The notes under the pieces: model-generated | Databases searched by the model: none | Seen by the model: the letters and a program-made list of their open reading frames with translations, nothing else | Told to the model about the DNA's origin: nothing | Translations under genes and position numbers: made by a program | Shown: piece after piece, positions 53,939 to 63,738 of the stretch | How the letters are laid out: each line of letters opens with the position of its first letter | Numbering within the stretch: the stretch's first letter is position 1 | NCBI GenBank assembly: GCA_038562165.1 | Contig: JBCFAO010000010.1 | Location: forward strand, 18,643-82,642 | DNA length: 64,000 nucleotides | Direction of reading: 5' to 3' | DNA from: Clostridiales bacterium | GTDB taxonomy: Bacteria > Bacillota > Peptococcia > DRI-13 > UBA5745

Positions 53939-54766
53939 CTACAGTTGTTTTCTTACTCTGCCCAGGGCTCCTTTTTCCAGCCTGCTGACCTGGGCCTGGG
54001 AAATACCGATTTCCGAAGCTACTTCCATCTGGGTTTTGCCCTCAAAAAAGCGCATATGCAGGATCATCTTTTCTCGGGGGTTTAAGCATTCCATGGCGTC
54101 TTGCAGACAGATGGCTTCAATCCATTCCTTATCGGCATTTTTTTCATCCTGGATTTGATCCATGACGAAAATGGGATCGCCGCCATCGTGGTATACCGGT
54201 TCAAACATAGATACCGGCTCCTGAATAGCCTCCAAGGCAAAGACCACCTCTTCCCTGCCCACGCCCATAGCCTCGGCTATTTCTGCTACCGTAGGTTCCC
54301 GGCCTTTTTCCGAGGCCATTCTTTCTTTTGTCTGCAGTGCTTTATAAGCCACATCCCGCAAAGAACGGCTGACCCGGATGACGTTATTGTCTCTTAAATA
54401 ACGCCGTATTTCGCCAATAATCATCGGCACGGCGTAAGTGGAAAACTTTACATTCTGACCGAGATCAAAATTGTCGATAGCCTTGATTAATCCGATACAT
54501 CCTACTTGAAATAAATCATCCACGTTTTCACCTCTGTTGGTGAAACGTTGAATCACGCTGAGAACCAGACGCAGATTGCCGCTGATCAGTTCCTCCCTAG
54601 CTGAGCGGTCTCCTGCCTGACAGCGGGCAAACAATTCTCTCATAACATGATTTTTTAATACCGGCAGTTTGGCAGTATTGACGCCACAAAGCTCTACCTT
54701 GTTAATCAACTTCCTCCGCCCCTTTACCATGGATTTGGCCTTAGTTAAATTATTGACCGGGGCCAT
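53939..54766 (-). CDS. sigG: Sporulation sigma factor SigG
   Basis: Near-identical blocks to B. subtilis SigG: NKVELCGV.T.KLPVLKN, GNLRLVLSVIQRF.NRGE.VDDLFQVGCIGL, VKFSTYAVPMIIGEIRRYLRDNN.IRVSRSLRD, GKTQMEVA.EIGISQAQVSRLEK. The start is uncertain (54766 or 54730). Confidence 0.85.
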   Translation of the reverse strand: MAPVNNLTKAKSMVKGRRKLINKVELCGVNTAKLPVLKNHVMRELFARCQAGDRSAREELISGNLRLVLSVIQRFTNRGENVDDLFQVGCIGLIKAIDNFDLGQNVKFSTYAVPMIIGEIRRYLRDNNVIRVSRSLRDVAYKALQTKERMASEKGREPTVAEIAEAMGVGREEVVFALEAIQEPVSMFEPVYHDGGDPIFVMDQIQDEKNADKEWIEAICLQDAMECLNPREKMILHMRFFEGKTQMEVASEIGISQAQVSRLEKGALGRVRKQL

Positions 54767-54870
54767 GTCATTTATTCACCAATTGCGGAGAAATAAAACA
54801 GGCTTCTTCTTGTCAAAAGAAGAAACCTGTCGTTATAATTCTATGAAATAAAAGAACGTTTTTAATACTG

Positions 54871-55605
54871 CTATTTCTTAGGGAACAAATCCTCATCTAC
54901 TTCTTTATCGCCATCGGTGGTAGAGATAAAGCCTCTCATTTTGGCGCCGCCTTCAATGACGATAGTGCCTACGCTGACATTTCCCAAAACAACGGAGTCT
55001 CTCTTAAAGATACCGTTGCCCCTGGCTTCGATATTACCCTTGACCTTGCCGTTGACCACTACATTTTGTGTGGTAAGATCACCTAAGATGCAGGAATCCT
55101 TCGTCATCTCCGTACTGTTTTGGGCCTCCACATTGCCGGCAATGATACTGTCCACCAAGCTGATGTCCTTGGCGCTGATGCTGCCGGCCACTTCCCCATG
55201 AATCACCAGACGATTGGCATTGAGTACATCGCCGTTAACTACGCCATAAATCACCAAATCATCATTGGAAGAAATATTGCCGTCGATCACCGTTCCCGCA
55301 GCAATCACCGTACCGCCGGAACTTGAGGCAGGCGCTTTGCTGACCGCTACATCCAAAGCTTGGGAAAAACGGCTGACAGGCTGAACTTTCGTATTATTCT
55401 CAACCTTGACTACGGTATCCTCCCCAAAAAAACTAAAGTCGTCATCTTCTTTGTCAGCAAGATTTTTGTCTAAAGCTCTGGGTTGGAATTGAACTGAAGA
55501 CTGGAATTGGGCTGAGGGCTGGTCAAAACTTTTATTCTCCCCTCCTTGCTCCTCCTGGCCTGTTAACTCCGTTACCGCTTGTTTGAAATTATCCATGATT
55601 CCCAC
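54871..55605 (-). CDS. Bactofilin-family polymer-forming cytoskeletal protein
   Basis: Beta-helical repeat region: GTVIDGNISSNDDLVIYGVVNGDV..HGEVAGSISA..NGKVKGNIEA.. Confidence 0.75.
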   Translation of the reverse strand: MGIMDNFKQAVTELTGQEEQGGENKSFDQPSAQFQSSVQFQPRALDKNLADKEDDDFSFFGEDTVVKVENNTKVQPVSRFSQALDVAVSKAPASSSGGTVIAAGTVIDGNISSNDDLVIYGVVNGDVLNANRLVIHGEVAGSISAKDISLVDSIIAGNVEAQNSTEMTKDSCILGDLTTQNVVVNGKVKGNIEARGNGIFKRDSVVLGNVSVGTIVIEGGAKMRGFISTTDGDKEVDEDLFPKK

Positions 55606-55657
55606 GTTAACCTACCTCCGCTTCTATTTTTCCCTGGTATGTTTTATATATATATTG

Positions 55658-56692
55658 CTAGCCCCTGCTGTAACTACCTGTGTTGAACACCGTCGGCTTA
55701 ACCTGATTGGTCATTTTGTCGAAGCTGTAGCCTTCGCTTAACAGCTTTTCAATGATCTGCGGCAAGGCCTCAACAGTCCTGGCTTTACTGCCGCCGCCAT
55801 CATGGAGCAGCACCACACTGTAAGAATGGCTGTGGGCCTGATTGATTACGGCATTATATATGCTGCCGGCAGTGGCGTCGGCAGCCACGTCGCTGGAGCC
55901 TACATTCCAATCGTAATAGCGGTAACCACGGCTTAGCATTTCACTGATGATGGTATTGCCCCAGCCTTCATTAAAAGAATTTACACTGCCCCCCGGAAAA
56001 CGGAAAATATCCGCTTTGATACCGGTGACTTCTTCTATTTTGTTTGAAACTTTGGCAAAGTCATCCAAAAACCCTTCGACTGAGTTGTAAATCTCCTTAT
56101 ATACATGGCTGTAAGAATGAATACCGATAGTATGGCCTTCTTCCACAATCTGGCGCAGTAATTCTTCCCGGCCCTCAATGGCGTAACCCACCACAAAAAA
56201 AGTAGCCTTAATATTATATTTGTCTAAAATTTTCAGCACTGCCCGGGTATTGACACCGGGCCCGTCATCAAAGGTCAAATAAATGACTTTTGTGCTGTCA
56301 ATATATTCTTGAGGTCCGCTTACCCGCAACTCCGGGTGAAGCTGGCTGTAAGGCGAATCAAAATCATACAAAACCCGGGCCTTGTCCAATTCCTGAAGCA
56401 GCAGCCGGTTTTCAGATTTGTAGTCCTCCAGCTCTTGCAGCAAAGCTTCCTGCTGCCGGGCCAGCTCCCCAAGCTGCCCTGCTATGTCCGGATCCGCAGG
56501 CTCAGCCCGGCTATATACACCGGTCATGGCCATCCAGGGAAGGATCAGCATCACCAAAACCACTCCGATAATTAAATGCTTAAAAAAGCGGACGCTGCCC
56601 AAATAGCTGATCTGAGAGCTTCTTCTCAGCTTGATTTGGCCTTTGACTTGCGGTACCTGCCTGTGCAATCCGGTATTGACATGGTCAATCAT
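55658..56692 (-). CDS. Polysaccharide deacetylase (NodB homology) with N-terminal TM and coiled coil
   Basis: ..IYLTFDDGPG..ATFFVVG..IGIHSYSH.. Confidence 0.8.
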   Translation of the reverse strand: MIDHVNTGLHRQVPQVKGQIKLRRSSQISYLGSVRFFKHLIIGVVLVMLILPWMAMTGVYSRAEPADPDIAGQLGELARQQEALLQELEDYKSENRLLLQELDKARVLYDFDSPYSQLHPELRVSGPQEYIDSTKVIYLTFDDGPGVNTRAVLKILDKYNIKATFFVVGYAIEGREELLRQIVEEGHTIGIHSYSHVYKEIYNSVEGFLDDFAKVSNKIEEVTGIKADIFRFPGGSVNSFNEGWGNTIISEMLSRGYRYYDWNVGSSDVAADATAGSIYNAVINQAHSHSYSVVLLHDGGGSKARTVEALPQIIEKLLSEGYSFDKMTNQVKPTVFNTGSYSRG

Positions 56693-56846
56693 GGTTGCTC
56701 CTGACTGATTAACTTATTCTTTGTTATAAAATAAATTTAATATAAAAAACGAAAAGTCTATTAATAATCATTATTTCTTCGACAAGATTTGATCATTATC
56801 CTTCTTCCTTTTAGGAAAGAGCTTAAATATTTTCTAAAAATCTTCA

Positions 56847-57581
56847 TTACATGAAACCGGCGACATAAGCTTGAATGAAATAGCCGCTTATATTGAAGCC
56901 GCAGTGAACAGCCCAGGGGGATAATATGGTTTTTTCTTTAAGGTAGCTGCTGCCTAAAACCAAGGCCAGCATAAAGTACAAGGGGATACTTAAAAGCTGG
57001 CGGTGATAAAGGGTAAATACCGCAGCCTGCAGCAGCCAGGCCCAATGAAGGGGCACTGCCGCCGCCAGTTCCCGGAAAATCAGGCCTCTAAAAACGATCT
57101 CTTCATAAATAGGAACCAGAATCCCCAAAGATAAGATAACGCAAAAGAGCTCTCTGGCATTTACCCCGGCGGCAAATAAAGCGGGACTGCTGCTTCCTGC
57201 CGATTGCCGCCAGGCCGCCAATTGGGGAATAGCATTAAGGCTTAACATTATTAAATAGAATAGAATATTCAGCAAAACGCCGATAGAAAAATAGATGAGC
57301 AACCGGGAGCTCTTAATGGGCTTCAGTAAAATCATGTCCCACCAGCGTATACGCCGCAGCCAGATCAGCAAATAAAACACCAGCAGTCCGATAAGGACTG
57401 CCAGTGCATAAAAAATCGGCTGTTGACTGTGCAGGACGATGGAGGCCGCCTTCTGCGAACTGCAAGCCCGGCGCTGCATCGTTTCATATACAAGAAAGGA
57501 GTAAGCTCCGTACTGCGCAAGCATAAAGAGGGCCAGATATACTATTGTCCATAAGCCGGACCGGCGAAGGCTGGGCTTCAA
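56847..57581 (-). CDS. CPBP-family intramembrane glutamic endopeptidase
   Basis: ..PIYEEIVFRGLIFREL.., ..FTLYH.., and a polytopic profile. Confidence 0.75.
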   Translation of the reverse strand: MKPSLRRSGLWTIVYLALFMLAQYGAYSFLVYETMQRRACSSQKAASIVLHSQQPIFYALAVLIGLLVFYLLIWLRRIRWWDMILLKPIKSSRLLIYFSIGVLLNILFYLIMLSLNAIPQLAAWRQSAGSSSPALFAAGVNARELFCVILSLGILVPIYEEIVFRGLIFRELAAAVPLHWAWLLQAAVFTLYHRQLLSIPLYFMLALVLGSSYLKEKTILSPWAVHCGFNISGYFIQAYVAGFM

Positions 57582-58249
57582 TTGGGCCTCCTGGCTCTGC
57601 CGTAGCGCAACTGGCGGCTGCGGGGTTCTCCCAAAATCTGGCTCCAGATTATTCCTTGCCGTAAATCCAGGGGAACATTTCTATTAAGAGCCGAGCCCGC
57701 ATTACCAATCGTCCCTTTTGCCGGAGCCTTTGCCGTAGTTTTTGTCGCTGCCAATTCTGCCTGACCAGCGGTCTTGGGTAGTCCGGCGCCTTGCCTGGCC
57801 CCGGGTCTCCGAGGCTCTTTCCGGGTGGGTTGGCCCGCAACAGGTCTGCTCATCTTTGGTGAAGAGGGGGCCGGAGGAATACCGCTTCCGGAAGCGGCAA
57901 ATTGCCCCGGTGCAGGTAAAGGCTGGCCTCGTCTTGACCCGGCAGCAGGGCGACCTTGGGACTGAGGCATCCGCTCTGTCCCCCTGGGATTCTGAGCCGG
58001 TATAGACTGAGTGGGCCTGCTTTGAGCCGCCCTTTCCCGGACACCGCCCTGAGGCTTGGGGCTTTCCGCCGCCGGCGCCTGTCTTTGAGCAGGCCTAGCG
58101 GCCTGGCGCGGACCACCGCGCCGGCCTTGCTGAGGCCCGCCGGCCACCGGCGGAGCGCCTCTTCTTTTGCCGCCATTGCCGGACTTCCTTACGGCATTAA
58201 TACCGGCCATTACCATATAAATTACAATCAGTATTGCATATGCTTCCAC
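57578..58249 (-). CDS. Hypothetical membrane-anchored protein with R/P/G/Q/A-rich disordered region
   Basis: 223 aa. N-terminal TM MEAYAILIVIYMVMAGINAV, then low complexity. The stop overlaps the CPBP start by 4 nt. Confidence 0.45.
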   Translation of the reverse strand: MEAYAILIVIYMVMAGINAVRKSGNGGKRRGAPPVAGGPQQGRRGGPRQAARPAQRQAPAAESPKPQGGVRERAAQSRPTQSIPAQNPRGTERMPQSQGRPAAGSRRGQPLPAPGQFAASGSGIPPAPSSPKMSRPVAGQPTRKEPRRPGARQGAGLPKTAGQAELAATKTTAKAPAKGTIGNAGSALNRNVPLDLRQGIIWSQILGEPRSRQLRYGRARRPN

Positions 58250-58297
58250 TATTACTCCATACCTTTCTGGAAATACCGCTATACGCTTATTATCCGT

Positions 58298-59278
58298 CTA
58301 TTCGGTCTGGATTTTATCATCCTTGCCGGCAAGGGTAGAGCGCATATCCGTATCCGCCTGGATATTTTGCAGGTTGTAATAGTCCATCACGCCCAGTTTA
58401 CCATCCCGCAGGGCCTGAGCCATTGCTTTCGGTACCTCTGCCTGAGCTTCCACCACCTTGGCTTGCATTTCCTGGACGTAAGCTACCATTTCCTGCTCTT
58501 TAGCCACGGCCAAAGCCCGCCGTTCTTCTGCTTTTGCCTGAGCAATCTTCTTATCGGCGTCGGCCTGATCCATCTGCAGCTCGGCGCCGATGTTTCTGCC
58601 TACGTCTACATCCGCAATGTCGATAGAGAGAATCTCGAAGGCCGTACCGGCATCCAAGCCTTTATTTAATACGGTACGGGAGATCAAATCCGGATTCTCC
58701 AGCACTTCCTTGTGGGACTCGGCACTGCCCACAGTGGTAACGATACCCTCGCCAACCCGGGCGATAATGGTTTCTTCGCCGGCGCCGCCAACTAAACGCT
58801 CAATATTGGCCCGCACAGTGACCCGGGCCCGCACCCGGACTTCAATGCCGTTTTTGGCCATAGCGGCAATGGTAGGCGTCTCAATGACCTTAGGATTAAC
58901 GCTCATCTGCACGGCTTCCAGCACATTACGGCCGGCCAGGTCGATAGCGGCAGCAAGCTCATAACCTAAAGCAATATTAGCTCGTTCAGCGGCAATCAGG
59001 GCGTTAACCACCCGGTCCACATTACCGCCGGCCAAATAATGAGCCTCCAACTGATTGGTGCTGATTTCGATGCCGGCTTTAGCGGATTTGATTTTGCAAT
59101 TAACAATCAAAGCCGGGGGTATCCGGCGAAACCGCATACCTACCAATTGGAAGATACCGATTCTGACGCCGGCGGCCAGGGCCGAGATCCAGAGCCCCAG
59201 AGGGATGAAGCTGAACAGTATAGCAAGAAAAATAAGAATCAGCGCCAGGATTAATACGGGAATAATTATAGATGGCAT
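58298..59278 (-). CDS. floA: Flotillin-like protein FloA (UPF0365/YqfA)
   Basis: ..[32 protein letters not shown].. Confidence 0.85.
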   Translation of the reverse strand: MPSIIIPVLILALILIFLAILFSFIPLGLWISALAAGVRIGIFQLVGMRFRRIPPALIVNCKIKSAKAGIEISTNQLEAHYLAGGNVDRVVNALIAAERANIALGYELAAAIDLAGRNVLEAVQMSVNPKVIETPTIAAMAKNGIEVRVRARVTVRANIERLVGGAGEETIIARVGEGIVTTVGSAESHKEVLENPDLISRTVLNKGLDAGTAFEILSIDIADVDVGRNIGAELQMDQADADKKIAQAKAEERRALAVAKEQEMVAYVQEMQAKVVEAQAEVPKAMAQALRDGKLGVMDYYNLQNIQADTDMRSTLAGKDDKIQTE

Positions 59279-59307
59279 AAACTTTCCTCCTTAAAACTTA
59301 TTATTAT

Positions 59308-60672
59308 TTACATCATCGGATGACGGGCCACAAATATCTTCGGCCCATCGATCCTGGAGACGATCACCCATTGATCTTTTTCTACGAATTCGCCTTCGGA
59401 TACCACATCAAGGCGTTTGCCGTCATCCAGTATTACAATACCTGCCGGCCGTAAAGGAGTGGAAGTTTTACCTTTGCGTCCGATATAAACGCTGAAGTCT
59501 TCCTTCTGGGAAATATAGCCCTGCTCCTTATTAAACGAAAGCTGCAGGGACAGCTTATCCCAATACTTGCTTCTGCTGAGAAATTTAACGGCCAGCCCAA
59601 TCAAAATAATCGAGCCGATAAAAGCGATGACGAAGGACTGCAAACCCACCTGGAAGCTGGGGGCCACCAAAATAACGGAGACCATCAAGGCCAGGGTGCC
59701 GGAAATGCCGAAGACGCCAAAGCCCGGTACAAAAGCCTCAACAGCCAGCAGGATAATACCCACAAGGAAAAGCAGGACGGCGCCCCAGCCGGTAAAACCG
59801 GCAATCATATGGCCGGCAAAATAAAGGATCAGGCAACCGCCGCCGATAATGCCGGCAACGCCGAAACCGGCAGTCAGTATCTCAATGATGACGCCGGCGA
59901 TGCCGATCATCAGGATAAAAGGGGCGATGCCGGGATTGGTAACGAAACGGCTTACCCGCTCCGCCGCCGAAACCTCGATCTCCATTTCCCTGGCATGGCC
60001 AAGATCATAAAGCTCTTTTAATTCGGCCCGGTTAGCCACCAAATAATCGGCATAGCCCAGTTCTTTGGCCTCATTGGCCGTCAGGGTCAAAAGCTGTCCG
60101 GCCTCCTTGAGGCCCTCGATGACCATATTGCGGTCAACCATAGCTTTGGCGATTTCTTTGTCCCGTCCATGGGCCTCAGCCAAAGAAGACATCTCCGCCC
60201 GCCAGGCAGAAAGATACTTCTCATCGGCTGTCTCATTGCCAACCCGGGGCTCCACATCGCCGATGGTAGTACCGGGCTGCATAGCGATCTTATCACAGCT
60301 CATAGCGATATAAGTACCGGCGGAAATGGCTCCGCCTTTCACTAAGGCTACAGTTTCCACCGGTGATCCTTCTATGGTCTTTCTAATGGACTGAGCGGCG
60401 GTAACCAAGCCTCCCGGCGTATCGATTTCCAGAATGATCAATCTGGCGGCGCTGTCTTGGCCAGCCTGGCTGAAGGCTCGCTGCATGTAGCTGGATAGGC
60501 CCGCCTCCACCGCTTTTTCAACGGATATGATGTAAACCTTATCTTCGGCAGCGGAGCCGGCTGTCCTGCCGGCAGCCAGGACGGCGCCGGCGGACTGTAC
60601 AAAGGGCAGCAGCAGAATGCTGAACAAGAGCAAGAAAACTATGGCCGCTTTACTTTTTTTCATGATATCCAC
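59308..60672 (-). CDS. NfeD-family membrane-bound ClpP-class serine protease (YqeZ-like)
   Basis: 454 aa. Signal sequence, a ClpP-like domain (..IDTPGGLV..), 4-5 TM segments and a C-terminal NfeD OB-domain. Located upstream of floA. Confidence 0.8.
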   Translation of the reverse strand: MDIMKKSKAAIVFLLLFSILLLPFVQSAGAVLAAGRTAGSAAEDKVYIISVEKAVEAGLSSYMQRAFSQAGQDSAARLIILEIDTPGGLVTAAQSIRKTIEGSPVETVALVKGGAISAGTYIAMSCDKIAMQPGTTIGDVEPRVGNETADEKYLSAWRAEMSSLAEAHGRDKEIAKAMVDRNMVIEGLKEAGQLLTLTANEAKELGYADYLVANRAELKELYDLGHAREMEIEVSAAERVSRFVTNPGIAPFILMIGIAGVIIEILTAGFGVAGIIGGGCLILYFAGHMIAGFTGWGAVLLFLVGIILLAVEAFVPGFGVFGISGTLALMVSVILVAPSFQVGLQSFVIAFIGSIILIGLAVKFLSRSKYWDKLSLQLSFNKEQGYISQKEDFSVYIGRKGKTSTPLRPAGIVILDDGKRLDVVSEGEFVEKDQWVIVSRIDGPKIFVARHPMM

Positions 60673-60743
60673 CCCATTTCTCCGCCGCTTAAATTCGGCT
60701 GGCTATACCTCACAAGCGGCGGCTGAAGCCTGCGTCCGTCAGC

Positions 60744-61967
60744 TTACTGACTGCGGCTGGCTTCTAATTTTACCATAAATTCCGCCTGACTGCCATCGCG
60801 ATAAACGATTATTTTTACTAAATCGCCAACTTTACGGCTGGCAATGATGGACTGGACTTGAGTAGAGTCGGTGATTTTTTGGCCGTCTACTTCCAAAAGC
60901 ACGTCGCCTCTTTTAATACCGGCTTTGGCGGCGGGAGCATCTTCCACCACACTATAAACGATGACGCCGCTTTCCATACCCTCGATGTTGAAATACTGGA
61001 TCATATCCTGGGACATAGGCTGCATCGTAATACCGATCCAGGGCCTTACCCGGTCCACACCCGTTTCCAAATCCTGCAGCACATCCAATACCGTGCTGCT
61101 GGGAATAGCAAAACCGATGCCTTGGGCAGTGGCGTTTACCGCCGTATTGATGCCGATAACTTCGCCGTTGAGGTTCAGCATAGGACCGCCGGAATTGCCG
61201 GGGTTGATGGCGGCGTCGGTCTGCAGCAGGTTTTGATACATGGTGCCCTCAATATTTAAGGGACGGCCGGTGGCGCTGATTACGCCTACAGTCACCGTAT
61301 GGTCCAGACCATAAGGATTGCCGATAGCCACCACCCAATCTCCTACGTATACTTGATCAGAATCACCGATGGTCAAATAAGGGAAGTTCTCCCCCTCAAT
61401 CTTGATCACCGCCAGGTCAAGCTCCGGAGCCCGGCCGATAATTTTGGCTTCATACGGGTTCTCGTTGGAAGTCAGATAAACGTTGATTTTATCAGCCCCT
61501 TCCACCACGTGGTTGTTCGTCAAAATATAGCCGTCCTGCCGGAAGAGGAAACCGGAGCCCAAACCTGTCTGTTTTTGGGGTTCCTGGGGATAGCCGAAGA
61601 AGTCCCGGAAGAAAGGATCGTTGAAAAAGGGACTTTGGGGAGAAGTTCTCGTCACTTCCGTTGTAATCCTGACTACGCTGTCGCCGCATTGGGCCACAAT
61701 ATCCCGAACCGTATCCGAAGTCATGATGTTGCGGCCATAATTTTGCCGGCCGTCGCCGGATACGGCGGGTGTTTCGGGCACCCGGTTATCTTGCTCAGGC
61801 AATAGCCCGCCTTCGCTGACATTAAGAGGCGTCCCCGCCACAAAGTGTAATGTCAGAGCGCCGATTAAAGCGCCTATAAGCAATAAAGCAATAAAAATTA
61901 AAGATCTGGCACAGCCGCTGCGGCCTTGGTCTGCCTTTTCCCAATCCGATCTTTCCATATCGATCAC
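60744..61967 (-). CDS. HtrA/DegP-family S1C serine protease with PDZ domain
   Basis: ..TNNHVV.., DLAVIK, GNSGGP, and a C-terminal PDZ (..GIKRGDVLLEVDG..). Confidence 0.85.
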   Translation of the reverse strand: MIDMERSDWEKADQGRSGCARSLIFIALLLIGALIGALTLHFVAGTPLNVSEGGLLPEQDNRVPETPAVSGDGRQNYGRNIMTSDTVRDIVAQCGDSVVRITTEVTRTSPQSPFFNDPFFRDFFGYPQEPQKQTGLGSGFLFRQDGYILTNNHVVEGADKINVYLTSNENPYEAKIIGRAPELDLAVIKIEGENFPYLTIGDSDQVYVGDWVVAIGNPYGLDHTVTVGVISATGRPLNIEGTMYQNLLQTDAAINPGNSGGPMLNLNGEVIGINTAVNATAQGIGFAIPSSTVLDVLQDLETGVDRVRPWIGITMQPMSQDMIQYFNIEGMESGVIVYSVVEDAPAAKAGIKRGDVLLEVDGQKITDSTQVQSIIASRKVGDLVKIIVYRDGSQAEFMVKLEASRSQ

Positions 61968-62102
61968 GCCTCCTAATATTTAAATATATTCTTTGTAAAA
62001 ATTTTCATTATATCCCTTGACCTTATAATATCGCAGTTTTATGCGACAATAAAGGAGTTTGCCGCTTTTTTCACTGAAAATTCACAGCCGCTTTTCTTTT
62101 TA

Positions 62103-62218
62103 AACGCAGAAAAAGGAAAGTTGAGACTTTCCTCCTTTTAGGCGCAGAAAGAGGAAAGTCGAGGCCTTCCTCTTCTTAGACGCAAAAAGAGGAAGGTCTT
62201 GTGAACCCTTCCTCTTTC
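62103..62218. repeat. Three tandem ~38-bp units, each a terminator-like hairpin on the minus strand
   Basis: CGCAG/CGCAA anchors lie at 62105, 62143 and 62181. The minus-strand hairpins GGAAAG/CTTTCC, AGAGGAAGG/CTTTCCTCT and AGAGGAAGG/CCTTCCTCT are each followed by a T-rich run. Confidence 0.85.
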
Positions 62219-62272
62219 TGCAGCTATGGTGAATTTGTTGATGGCAAGTAAGGTTTTAATTGCAGATAAGCA

Positions 62273-63451
62273 TTATTTGGCGAAAAGCTCAAACCGGTTG
62301 GGATCCAAAGCGGATACATCGGTATAAGCTTTGCCTTCGCAAATCAGGCCGGCAACGATTTTGCCGGTGACAGCGCTGAGAGCAATGCCGTCGCCTTCAT
62401 GGCCGGCGGCCATGAAGAGACCGTCCAGACCTTTGACGTAGCCCACTAAAGGCAAGCCGTCAGGCGTATAGGGACGAACGCCGCCCATAATCCGGATAAT
62501 GTTGAGATTTTTCAGGCCGGGCATCAGCCTGGCGGCATTTTTGAGAATTTCTCTGATGCCTTCCCGGGTATTGCTCACATCATAGTCCACAAACTCCCGG
62601 GTGGCGCCGATGAGAATGCCGCCTCTTGCCGTCTGGCTGATAGCCAGGCCCACACCCAGCTGAATGCCTCTGCTCTTGGCGTTCAGCAAGGTTTCCGGAT
62701 GATACTTGGCCACAATGTATTGAGCCGATAAGATATCGCCTACGATATAGGGAGCACAGGGCTGAGAAACGATAATCTGGCCCCGGCGGGGCTTAATAGG
62801 CAGAGTCATACCCAGCTTCTGGCCCAAAAGGGGGCTCCAGGCGCCGGCAGCTATCACAACGGTTTCCGCGTCCACATCGCCTTTTGCCGTTTTGATGCCC
62901 ACTACCTTACCGCCGGCCATTTTGAAATCGGTGACCTCAGCGTCAATCAGCAGCTCGGCGCCGGCTTTCTTGGCGGCTTGGGCAAAACCCATGTTCAGTT
63001 TGAAAGGGTTAACGTGGCCGTCTTGGGCGCTGTAGGTGCAGCCCAAAAGGTGTTCCCCCAGGCCCCGCTGCCTTTTGGAAGCTTCTTCCCTGCTGATGAT
63101 GTCCACTTCCAGACCGATCTTCTTCTGCTTGGCTACGAAGTCGGTCATTACATCCATTTCCATCTCATTTTCAATGGTAATCATGCCGCCATGCCGGAAA
63201 TACTCAATATCGTAATCCAGCTCCTGAGCCAGGGTTTGGAAAAGCTCAGCGCTATCCAAGGCTAACTTCAAATGGATACCGGGATTCTTTGATTGGAGGA
63301 TAACCATCTGGTCGCAAGAACCGGTGGCTCCGGCAGCAAAGTCCCCTTTTTCGCACAAGACTACTTTTTTGCCGGCCTTGGCCAAACGATAAGCTATGGA
63401 GCAGCCATTAACGCCGCCGCCGACGATGGCTACATCTGCTGTTCTAGTCAT
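62273..63451 (-). CDS. FAD-dependent oxidoreductase (DAO family; glycine/D-amino-acid/opine-oxidase-like)
   Basis: VAIVGGGVNGCSIAY (GxGxxG); 392 aa. Confidence 0.75.
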   Translation of the reverse strand: MTRTADVAIVGGGVNGCSIAYRLAKAGKKVVLCEKGDFAAGATGSCDQMVILQSKNPGIHLKLALDSAELFQTLAQELDYDIEYFRHGGMITIENEMEMDVMTDFVAKQKKIGLEVDIISREEASKRQRGLGEHLLGCTYSAQDGHVNPFKLNMGFAQAAKKAGAELLIDAEVTDFKMAGGKVVGIKTAKGDVDAETVVIAAGAWSPLLGQKLGMTLPIKPRRGQIIVSQPCAPYIVGDILSAQYIVAKYHPETLLNAKSRGIQLGVGLAISQTARGGILIGATREFVDYDVSNTREGIREILKNAARLMPGLKNLNIIRIMGGVRPYTPDGLPLVGYVKGLDGLFMAAGHEGDGIALSAVTGKIVAGLICEGKAYTDVSALDPNRFELFAK

Positions 63452-63738
63452 CAGTCGTCCTCCTCATTGATAAATTCAGAGATTTTGGCCGTGCGAACAG
63501 GCGTTCTGGTAGTGGAAGGAAGAACTTCGGCAGCAGGCCGCACACCGGCCTGAGACAGCATCTGCTGGATAACCTTGCGGCAGCCCCGGCCTTGGCACAA
63601 GCCCATACCGGCTTCGGTCCGGACCTTAATTCCCCTTACCGTAGTAGCGCCGTCGGCAATAGCCGCCGCAATCTCTTCTTTGGTTATCTCTTCACAGCGG
63701 CAAACGAATACATGATCTTCTGCACCGCAAGTACTCAT
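63451..63738 (-). CDS. BFD-like (2Fe-2S)-binding protein
   Basis: VCRCEEITKEEI...GMGLCQGRGC. The ATG at 63736-63738 overlaps the upstream stop (ATGA), and its own stop overlaps the downstream start by 1 nt. Confidence 0.75.
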   Translation of the reverse strand: MSTCGAEDHVFVCRCEEITKEEIAAAIADGATTVRGIKVRTEAGMGLCQGRGCRKVIQQMLSQAGVRPAAEVLPSTTRTPVRTAKISEFINEEDD

